A stretch of DNA of 11,161 nucleotides from Candidatus Wolframiiraptor sinensis (lineage in GTDB: Archaea; Thermoproteota; Nitrososphaeria_A; Caldarchaeales; Wolframiiraptoraceae), in contig JALNKA010000024.1 in assembly GCA_023261815.1 (NCBI GenBank), forward strand, positions 1 through 11,161. Direction: 5' to 3'. Shown here piece by piece: positions 1 through 6,727 of the stretch. The notes under the pieces were generated by a model, which made no database searches, was not told the origin of the DNA, and was given only the letters and a program-made list of their open reading frames with translations. How positions within the stretch are numbered: the stretch's first letter is position 1; every line of letters starts with the position of its first letter. Both the position numbers and the translations under genes were made by a program.

Positions 1-254
1 CGCAGGAATTCTATTTCCGCTTTAAACCACTCGGGGAAGCGCTCTTTAATGTCGAGAAGAATGTCGGAGACGTCGTGAACCTTTGGATAATCTATTCCAA
101 CGGCCTTCAGGACCGCTTTTAGTGATAGCTCGACGCATTCTTGGCTTAGTCTCACAGCGTAGGGATAGTTGCCTTCCGCAAGGGCATCCTTGGCGTCTTT
201 AAGCCTCGCTTCAGCCTGCCTTAGATATGATTTGGCGATTTTAAGTAGCTGCAA
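1..254 (-). CDS. HEPN domain protein (toxin of MNT-HEPN pair), 3' end runs off the window
   Basis: Not in the ORF track. Manual translation from TTG at 254: LQLLKIAKSYLRQAEARLKDAKDALAEGNYPYAVRLSQECVELSLKAVLKAVGIDYPKVHDVSDILL..., with the HEPN-type QxxExxLKAxL...PKxHD pattern. A GGTGA RBS (264-260) lies 5 nt upstream and the gene overlaps the MNT stop. Confidence 0.88.
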   Translation of the reverse strand, partial: MQLLKIAKSYLRQAEARLKDAKDALAEGNYPYAVRLSQECVELSLKAVLKAVGIDYPKVHDVSDILLDIKERFPEWFKAEIEFL

Positions 255-984
255 TTTTCTCACCTTGCCCATGGCTTGGCATTAGATCCCAGTACCATCT
301 TCCTCCGGTCAGCTTCACGCGCCTGGCACCCTGTTTTAACAGCTTTTCGCGGAGTTCTAGCAGTATCGTCTCGAGAAAATTGTTTTTGTCATATAGTATT
401 GCCGCTTCCTCTGTCAGGTCCAAGAAGAGGAGCGGCATTCTTCTGGCCTCATCTCTTCTCAGCGGGTAGAAGCTGATTGACGTGTATATGCCGTGTTCTC
501 TGAGCCATTCAAGCTCGCCCTCCAGCTTCCTTTCAAGATGGTATAGCTTATCCAGTCTTGATGCTAGGCTTCCCTCCAGCGAGTCCGAGATCAGCAGAAT
601 ATCGACATCGCTGTAGTTTGATGCTGTCCCACGGGCCACGGATCCGTAGACGGCAAATGATTCGAGGTCCACTGCTTTCAGGGTTACCTTTAGGCAGTCG
701 AGTATGAGCTTGAGATATCTCTCGGAGCCTATTCTCTCGACATTTTTAACGATGCCGGAGGCTAGGAGGATGAAGTTCTCTGGGTCTAGGAGTCTATAAA
801 GCCTTGGCTTCTTTCGATCAAAAATGAGTAAAATTCTCTTTGAGTGAAGCTTACTGAACGCGACTAAGAGCTTGTTATTGCTAAAGGATAAGACTTCCTT
901 GGCATCTGAAAGGGTGAATAGTTCCTGGCCAAACCTCGTATAAAGCCTTGAATAGCATTCGCCGAGCCAGGAGGGAATCCACAT
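241..984 (-). CDS. Minimal nucleotidyltransferase (MNT) antitoxin with N-terminal winged-helix-like extension
   Basis: GSVARGTASNYSDVD matches the GSX10DXD pol-beta-like MNT motif. The C-terminal GARRV..GRWYWDL is typical of archaeal MNTs. It lies directly upstream of and overlaps a HEPN gene. The first ~75 aa look like an HTH/wing (FTLSDAKEVL...AFSKLHSKRILL...RLYRL). Confidence 0.88.
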   Translation of the reverse strand: MWIPSWLGECYSRLYTRFGQELFTLSDAKEVLSFSNNKLLVAFSKLHSKRILLIFDRKKPRLYRLLDPENFILLASGIVKNVERIGSERYLKLILDCLKVTLKAVDLESFAVYGSVARGTASNYSDVDILLISDSLEGSLASRLDKLYHLERKLEGELEWLREHGIYTSISFYPLRRDEARRMPLLFLDLTEEAAILYDKNNFLETILLELREKLLKQGARRVKLTGGRWYWDLMPSHGQGEKIAAT

Positions 985-994
985 TCTTCAGCCT

Positions 995-1026
995 AACTAT
1001 TAAGAAACCTTAACAACTTATTAATG
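995..1026 (-). promoter_or_regulatory. Putative promoter/operator of the MNT-HEPN operon
   Basis: AT-rich tract 10-40 nt upstream of the ATG at 984, containing the inverted repeat TTAAG-aaac-CTTAA (1000-1013) and TTAATA-like boxes on the minus strand. Confidence 0.4.
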
Positions 1027-1211
1027 TTTTTATCAGGAAGCGCAATCCGGTATCGCCTTGGCTATTAATCCTGCACACTCTCCACAAACATCGAAAGTGA
1101 TGGTGCACCTTCATCCTCTGGATCAGGTCATGATCTGGTGATGAACCTTCCCGCATCCTAGCTGAAGTATAAGGGATTATCGTTTTTAGGTGGGGGTTCT
1201 TGAGGCTTTTC

Positions 1212-2210
1212 ATGGCAAAAGTTCTCAATGCCGGCTTTCTCTGCGTCGATTTTATTGCCGCCCAACTGCCAGCTATTCCGGGGCCCGGCGAGATTGTTTA
1301 TGCTCCGGCTGGGATTAAGCTTAGAATTGGTGGGCATCCTGCTAATGTTTCTGTTGATTTGATGCAGCTGGGTGCCGGGCGCGGTGATGTCGGGTTAGCT
1401 TGCGCGGTTGGAGATGATGTCCTCAGGGATTTCGCGGTTAGGGTCTTAGAAGAGAAGGGGATTGTCGTTTTCCTCCAAGAGGTCGAGGGCGAGGAGACCT
1501 CGAAGACTCTGACGCTTATAGTTGAGGGTGAGGATCGCCGTTTCATAAATGATCCCGGGGCGAATCAGTATCTGAGCTTCAGCCATGTTCTCGGCGTTCT
1601 AGAGAAATTCAAACCCGAGATCTTCTACATCGCATCCGGAATTCTCGGGGATTTTGATTTTAAGGTTTGGGAACTACTGAGGTATTGCTAGGAGAAAGGC
1701 ATAATCACCGTGCTTGATCTCGTTAAGCCTGTTGGAAAGAGTTGGAGTTATATCCATCCCGCTTTGAGGTTCGCCGATATCATGCACTGCAACGTGCTTG
1801 AGCTGAAGGGGCTGAGCGGGTTGGCAAGCGCTGAAGAAGGGCTTAAATGGCTTATCAATATGGGAGTTAAGCTCCCGGTAGTCAGTAATGGCGAGAAGGG
1901 AGTTATCTCGCTATGCGGGGATAAGATCGTGAGGCAACCAGCATTCAAGGTGAGCGTGGTTGATCCGTCCGGGGCTGGCGACGCGCTATGCGCTGGGATT
2001 ATTTTCAAGCTTTCGGAAACACTTCCCAGAAAGAGGTTTGAGGAAATCTCCTTGGAGGATGTTCTCGAGCTATTATTGTTTGGTCAAGCCGCTGGAGCTG
2101 CTTGCGTGGAGAAAATAGGAACTACGCCCGGTGTTACGGCTGAGAGGGTGAGAAGTCTCATCGAGGAGCAAGGTGAAAGAATACGCCGCTCAACGCTAAT
2201 TGAGGGCTGA
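1212..2210 (+). pseudogene. PfkB/ribokinase-family carbohydrate kinase interrupted by one in-frame TAG (1689-1691); nonsense allele or readthrough
   Basis: Track ORFs 1200-1691 and 1710-2210 are in the same frame. Together they give 332 codons with the N-terminal GGHPANVS..L..LG and VGDD motifs and the C-terminal DPSGAGDA anion-hole motif. The start is placed at ATG 1212, with GAGG at 1202-1205. Confidence 0.88.
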
Positions 2211-2551
2211 TGTTAGGCAGCGTGACCCGCCGGAAAACGGTTGGCTCATTAAGCTGAAACAGGAGACAAGATATTCAGGTGCGCGGTTCCGTTGTTATGG
2301 TGCAGGCAATGCGCGATTTGGCGGTAAGCTTTAGTAAATGGAAGCTCCGCTCGTGGTTCTTCTCTGCATACTTATGGGGGCCTTGGGCGCGCTTTGCCTC
2401 ATTCATGCGACTTTCTCGCTCGCATTTCCGCGTTAGAAGGTTTTTCAGCAGAAGGTGACTCGGCGTCGCAGTCCTAAATGTCGGCCCTTCTATATACGGG
2501 ATGGCCGCAAGCGGCAACGGGCGATCCTGCATCGGCTATATATTGAGAGCT

Positions 2552-2756
2552 TTACCTAAATTTTCGCGGCGGCCCGTTTAAGAGTGTGTGGTTAAAGCGC
2601 TCAAGAAGCCTCCTGTTCTTCCATGCCTCCTCCAATAGCTGCCTCAACAAGCCTGCTATCTCTCCTTGGCCCCTTTTCGAGCTGTGATGATTCGAGATGT
2701 GAGCGGCCAGCTTTGGCCATGCTGTCGAATACTTCTCCGCAGTATCTGCATGCTAG
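2552..2756 (-). pseudogene. Frameshifted C2H2 zinc-finger protein (virus/plasmid-like small protein)
   Basis: One frame reads LACRYCGEVFDSMAK (Cys codons 2750-2748, 2741-2739). Removing one base in the T run at 2712-2714 continues it as LAAHISNHHSSKRGQGEIAGLLRQLLEEAWKNRRLLER..., giving an exact C-x2-C-x3-F-x5-L-x2-H-x3-H pattern. There is no in-frame start codon. Confidence 0.65.
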
Positions 2757-2779
2757 GAGGCGCGCATATGCGCGCGTCC
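2756..2779. repeat. GC-rich palindrome / hairpin
   Basis: Perfect 16-bp palindrome GCGCGCATATGCGCGC (2760-2775), extended by GGA/TCC arms across one G-G mismatch. Confidence 0.85.
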
Positions 2780-2788
2780 GCTAATCCC

Positions 2789-2900
2789 GTAAACATCCGG
2801 GCGATCCATGTTTACAAGGCCCCTAATCCGCGTAAACAAGGGGAGGGGGATGTAAACTGGTTGATGTTCTCGTTGTTTACATGAGCTTCCTCCTGTAAAC
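2789..2900. repeat. Phased array of six GTAAAC/GTTTAC boxes
   Basis: Hexamers start at 2789(+), 2810(-), 2832(+), 2852(+), 2875(-) and 2895(+), with spacings of 21, 22, 20, 23 and 20 nt. CTAATCC precedes boxes 1 and 3. Confidence 0.8.
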
Positions 2901-3130
2901 TCCGATCACGAGTATTAGGGGGCCGATCTTCAGGAGCATCTCGCGGCCATAGTAAATCCCGGAGTTCTCCTCCGAGAGCCCGCATTCCGAGGATGACAGC
3001 TCGGCCTCACGGGAAGCCTCCTCATCACCTTGAGCTAGAGGCCGTGGATGGCTTTAAGGGGGTGCCGCCCCGCACCTTCTCCTGGAACTCCTCGCAATCG
3101 AGGAGCGATGAGATAAAGCTCTAAAATGCG

Positions 3131-3173
3131 AAAGGTTTTAAGCGCGCTTACCCGGATCACGTGTTGAAGGAGG
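3131..3173 (+). promoter_or_regulatory. BRE/TATA promoter and RBS of the antitoxin-PIN operon
   Basis: AAAGG-TTTTAAG (3131-3142) is a BRE+TATA pattern. GGAGG at 3169-3173 lies 7 nt before ATG 3181. Confidence 0.6.
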
Positions 3174-3180
3174 CTCATGG

Positions 3181-3663
3181 ATGAAAGCCTGTCTCGACGT
3201 CTCCATTAGAAAGGGGGTCTTAGCGGCCTTCATACGCTTTCTGAGGGATAGGCTGGGCTATGTCTTCAACGTCGAGGAGGAGTTTGATAAGAGGTTCCTC
3301 CTGCAAAAATACGTCTTTCTGGCCAGATACTTTGGTCTCGACCTGGGATACGACTACTCGCTCTACATATATGGCCCCTATTCCAGGGAGCTGGCGGATG
3401 ACTATTATGAGCTGGCGGGGCAAAGGGTTCTGCCTGAAGCGGATCTGCCGAGCGGATTCGATGCCGAGGGCTTCATAGAGCTGGTGAGAGGCAGGGATGC
3501 TAGGTGGCTGGAGGTGGCCGCCAGCATATTAGCGGTCTCGAAGAGTTATCGGGATCTCCCGGAGGATGAGATATACGGCATACTCAGGATGTCTAAGCCA
3601 TGGCTAACCCGAGAATACTTCAAAGAAGTTCATGAAGCCCTAAAGAAGAAGCGGCTAATCTAG
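3181..3663 (+). CDS. YwgA/SocA-like (Panacea, DUF4065-related) putative antitoxin
   Basis: RFLLQKYVFL...LGYDYSLYIYGPYSREL matches the LQK..F/Y...GPY signature of Panacea/YwgA-like proteins, followed by a LEVAASI segment. It lies upstream of a PIN gene with a 17-nt gap. Confidence 0.75.
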   Translation: MKACLDVSIRKGVLAAFIRFLRDRLGYVFNVEEEFDKRFLLQKYVFLARYFGLDLGYDYSLYIYGPYSRELADDYYELAGQRVLPEADLPSGFDAEGFIELVRGRDARWLEVAASILAVSKSYRDLPEDEIYGILRMSKPWLTREYFKEVHEALKKKRLI

Positions 3664-3680
3664 CTGGGCATCAGCCGGAT

Positions 3681-4175
3681 ATGAGGAGTAGAGCGGAGCA
3701 ATTTTACTATCTGGACACGAATTATCTGATAAACTACCTCTCGTTTAAGCATGACTTGATAGCTAAGAGGATGTCCATCGATCGCGATGCCAGAACCATC
3801 GCGAACAGCGTGGTAAAGAGCCTCTCGCGGAGGATCAAGATACCCTTTATCGTAATATCGGAGGCGGCTGGAAAGTTCATGGAGCATGAGATAAACATCG
3901 GGATCATCGAGGTATTCGGCGATCTCGAGATCGCGTTCCTCGGAAGAGAACTCATAGCAGATTTCTCGAGCATCTTACAGGATCTCGCGGAGATGGATAG
4001 GAGGCTTGAGCCCATGGACTGTATGATAGCGGCCTTCTCCATAGCGAGCCCGGAATGCCTCGGCCTTCTCACATTCGACAGCAAGCTAATCGAGAACAGA
4101 GCGATCAAAAACATAGTTGAGGAAAAGTATCCAGGCCGAGAATTCCTAGTAACGAGCGATCCGAGGAGAAGCTAA
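3681..4175 (+). CDS. vapC: PIN-domain (VapC-like) ribonuclease toxin
   Basis: The four acidic PIN active-site positions are present: YYLDTN, VISE, PMDCMIAA and LLTFD. Confidence 0.82.
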   Translation: MRSRAEQFYYLDTNYLINYLSFKHDLIAKRMSIDRDARTIANSVVKSLSRRIKIPFIVISEAAGKFMEHEINIGIIEVFGDLEIAFLGRELIADFSSILQDLAEMDRRLEPMDCMIAAFSIASPECLGLLTFDSKLIENRAIKNIVEEKYPGREFLVTSDPRRS

Positions 4176-4190
4176 AACTAGGCTGAATAA

Positions 4191-4283
4191 CGCCTGACCT
4201 TCTCATTCATAGGACTCGGGCTGGCAATGATCATCTTGGGAATAATCGTCCTATTATCCGTGACCCTCATCAGAAGAACCTGA
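4191..4283 (+). pseudogene. Orphan C-terminal transmembrane anchor of a lost membrane/surface protein
   Basis: The frame reads RLTFSFIGLGLAMIILGIIVLLSVTLIRRT*, a hydrophobic helix with a basic tail. It is directly preceded by an in-frame TAA (4188-4190). Confidence 0.45.
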
Positions 4284-4290
4284 GAAACAT

Positions 4291-4315
4291 TCTATGGAAA
4301 CATAGAGGTTATAAA
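4291..4315 (+). promoter_or_regulatory. Short hairpin/palindrome abutting a TATA box
   Basis: TCTATG-GAAA-CATAGA (4291-4306) is followed by TTATAAA (4309-4315). Confidence 0.4.
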
Positions 4316-4381
4316 CAATACGCGCGAGGTTAAGCTAGGAGACCCTTTAAGGCCATCCAGCAGGAACGTGGAATGTGATGA

Positions 4382-4582
4382 GGAGAGGTAGGATGGCGCG
4401 CAAAGCTCCTCGAAGAGGAGATAGAACTAGCGGTATACATTATGGCAGAGGAATCATCAAGCCTGGAAAAGCTCAGCCTAGAACTCGAAGCCATCCTAAA
4501 ACACATGCTCGCCAAAGCCATGGAGGAGAACCGAAAAGCCCTAAAGCCATGCAATATAAATAACCCGAAAATCAAACTTTGA
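4382..4582 (+). pseudogene. Degraded small helical protein remnant (or 46-aa ORF from ATG 4442)
   Basis: The open frame GEVGWRAKLLEEEIELAVYIMAEESSSLEKLSLELEAILKHMLAKAMEENRKALK... has protein-like composition and is preceded by an in-frame TGA. It is more plausible than the two track ORFs covering this region. Confidence 0.35.
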
Positions 4583-4617
4583 CAAAAATGGTCATCTACA
4601 ACGCGATGGACTTCTAG

Positions 4618-5346
4618 TTAATCTTCTTGGTTCTCGGCGCCGATCGATTTCAGTTCTTTAATCCACTCGCTTATGTTCTGGATTCTCTGTATTGTTTTCC
4701 ACTCGCCTATGACGGCTTTGAATAGCTTGATCTCGTCATCGGGTATAGGTTCTATCTTTCCGAGAATTTTTGCTGCTATGAATATTCTCGCCGCCTCCTC
4801 GACTAGGATCGCCCTCGCCAATGCTGCCTTGAGGCTCGGCCCGACGGCTATGACCCCGTGATTCCTCATTATGGCCGCGTTAGCGCTCCTCAGCACCTCG
4901 ACCAGAGCTCTACCCAGCCTTCTCGTCCCAGCACAGGCGTATTCCGCTAGCGGGATTCTATCGCCTATCTCAGCAACCATCTCTAGGATTATGGGCGGTA
5001 TCTCCTCCCCGGCCACCCCGACGGCGGTCGCCATCGGAGAATGCGTATGAACTATCGCGTAAACGTGCTCGAGGCTTTTATATATCTCCAAGTGCATGGG
5101 AGCTTCTATTGACGGCTTGTGCCTGCCATCGATCACCGCTCCATTCAAGTCCATGACTATCATGTCATGCGGGTTGAGCCTGCTCTTATCGAATCCGCTA
5201 GGCGTTATCACCATGATCCTCCTATCGCGCGTCAATGCACTTATGTTGCCCCATGTAGCTGTGGCCAGCCCGGCTTCATGCATGGCCTTACCCGCTTCCA
5301 CCACCGCACATTTCAGAGATTCTACTTCATCATTCCCGCCAGCCAT
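4618..5346 (-). CDS. Class II aldolase/adducin family protein (L-fuculose-phosphate aldolase-like)
   Basis: TWGNIS, ITPSG, PSIE..MH, HTHS and RNHG motifs (catalytic Glu plus three Zn-binding His). The substrate cannot be determined from sequence. Confidence 0.92.
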   Translation of the reverse strand: MAGGNDEVESLKCAVVEAGKAMHEAGLATATWGNISALTRDRRIMVITPSGFDKSRLNPHDMIVMDLNGAVIDGRHKPSIEAPMHLEIYKSLEHVYAIVHTHSPMATAVGVAGEEIPPIILEMVAEIGDRIPLAEYACAGTRRLGRALVEVLRSANAAIMRNHGVIAVGPSLKAALARAILVEEAARIFIAAKILGKIEPIPDDEIKLFKAVIGEWKTIQRIQNISEWIKELKSIGAENQED

Positions 5347-5369
5347 GCAGAAACAGGAGAGCGAATTAA

Positions 5370-5383
5370 TTATAAGGCTTCTT
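5370..5383 (-). promoter_or_regulatory. TATA box of the aldolase gene (leaderless transcript likely)
   Basis: The minus strand reads AAGAAGCC-TTATAA, with TTATAA at 5375-5370, about 24 nt upstream of ATG 5346. Confidence 0.6.
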
Positions 5384-5447
5384 AGAAGCGCATCTACTTG
5401 GCATGCATTTTATCGGAAGCCTCTGGGCTAACTCGCGATTTGAGTTT

Positions 5448-6626
5448 TTAGGACTTCTTGAGCGATAGGATTGTTATGTAGGCGAAATGGCCTGTTCCGC
5501 CGACGTTGTGTATTAGGGCTTGGCCGTGTTTTATCGGGGCTTGTCTGCCTCGGTCGGCCTCCTGCCTGAGCTGTTTGACAGCCTCGTATACCATGGCTAG
5601 GCCTGAGGCTCCGATGGGATGGCCTTTCGCCTTGAGACCTCCATCAGTGTTCACGGGGATGAGGCCGCCGATGTATGTCTGCTCCTCTCTCGCGAGCATA
5701 TATCCCTCGCCTCTCCGGGCGAATCCGAGATCCTCGTAAGCTATTATCTCGGCGATCGTGAAGCAGTCGTGGACGAGTGCGAGGTCGAGGGACTTCACAG
5801 GATCCTCTATTCCGGCCTTCTTATAGGCCTGCCTCGATGCCTCGACAGCGCTCTCTATCGAGAGGAGATCGCTTCTCATGGTGAGGTTTGCTGGGGCCGT
5901 TGCCATAGCCTGGGCTTTCACCCATATTGGCGTATCAGTTAGCTTCGATGCCACCTTCTCGGAAGCGATGACCGCTGCGGCCGCCCCATCCGTTATCGGC
6001 GAGCAGTCATAGAGCTTGAGAGGCCAGGCCACGTACCTGGAGCTCATGACATCCTCGATCGTTATCTTCTTCTGAAACTGGGCCTTCGGGTTCATCGAGC
6101 CATAATAGTGGTTCTTGACGGCGATTTTCGCGAGATCTTCCTCCACCGCGCCATACTCGTCCATGTAGGCTCTGGCGTAGAGGGCGTAGTATGCGGGGAA
6201 TGTGAGGCCGAATGTCTCAAACTCCCAGAAGAAGTTTCCTCCCCTGCCGAGGAGCTCGATAACAGCTGACGTGGATGCCAGCTCATTCATCCGCTCAGCC
6301 CCGACCGCGAGCGCTATATCCGCGTAGCCCGACTCCACGGCCATGCAGGCTGCCGCGAGAGCCGCGCTTCCGGACGCGCAGGCCGCCTCAACCCTCATGC
6401 CGCCCCTGGGATTAAGGCCAGCATACTCGCAGATTATGGGGAGCGGGAAGAATTCGCCGCTCCATCCGCCGACGTTGGCGAGCGCGATGAACCCTATGTC
6501 TTCTCTCGATATGCCCGCGTCCCTTAAGGCTTCCTCGATGGCCTTGAAGGCGAGATCCGGGAGCTGATGCTCCAGGTCTCTTCCAAACCTCGTCATCCCG
6601 ACGCCGATTATCGCGGCGGTCATCAT
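5448..6626 (-). CDS. Thiolase (acetyl-CoA acyltransferase, archaeal/SCP2-type)
   Basis: VEAACASG (catalytic Cys), HDCF, KGHPIGASG and HNVGG motifs; 392 aa. Confidence 0.95.
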   Translation of the reverse strand: MMTAAIIGVGMTRFGRDLEHQLPDLAFKAIEEALRDAGISREDIGFIALANVGGWSGEFFPLPIICEYAGLNPRGGMRVEAACASGSAALAAACMAVESGYADIALAVGAERMNELASTSAVIELLGRGGNFFWEFETFGLTFPAYYALYARAYMDEYGAVEEDLAKIAVKNHYYGSMNPKAQFQKKITIEDVMSSRYVAWPLKLYDCSPITDGAAAAVIASEKVASKLTDTPIWVKAQAMATAPANLTMRSDLLSIESAVEASRQAYKKAGIEDPVKSLDLALVHDCFTIAEIIAYEDLGFARRGEGYMLAREEQTYIGGLIPVNTDGGLKAKGHPIGASGLAMVYEAVKQLRQEADRGRQAPIKHGQALIHNVGGTGHFAYITILSLKKS

Positions 6627-6644
6627 GCTTCACGAGTAACGCCT

Positions 6645-6700
6645 CGTTTTAGGCTTTCCGGTGGACGGCGCTCCGAGCCTTGGGGAAAAGAATTTTTAGC
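6645..6700. promoter_or_regulatory. Divergent promoter region between thiolase and HAD genes
   Basis: GAAAAG-AA-TTTTTAG (6685-6699, +) lies ~29 nt before ATG 6728. AAAGCC-TAAAA (minus strand, ~6657-6647) lies before ATG 6626. Confidence 0.45.
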
Positions 6701-6727
6701 GAGCTACGTGGGCGGGAGTAAAAGAGG

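Noticed and set aside
1030-1160. Imperfect hairpin (TTCATC...GATGAA, 1110-1145) and a broken minus-strand frame with a VCGEC motif; track ORF 1010-1228
   Set aside because: Short stem, multiple stops and no recognisable family; too weak to call.
2440-2590. Possible tRNA/ncRNA, att or dif site in the GC-rich intergenic stretch
   Set aside because: No T-loop GTTC motif or cloverleaf, no SRP or RNase P signature, and no convincing 11-6-11 dif symmetry or duplicated att core.
2275-2884. Track ORFs 2275-2532 (-) and 2666-2884 (+)
   Set aside because: No motifs and atypical composition. The latter runs antisense to the zinc-finger relic and across the repeat array.
2781-2900. CRISPR array
   Set aside because: The repeated unit is only 6-8 nt, occurs in both orientations with ~15-nt gaps, and there are no cas genes nearby.
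4330-4575. Track ORFs 4375-4563 (+) and 4330-4575 (-)
   Set aside because: They look like off-frame or antisense shadows of the more protein-like frame 4382-4582.
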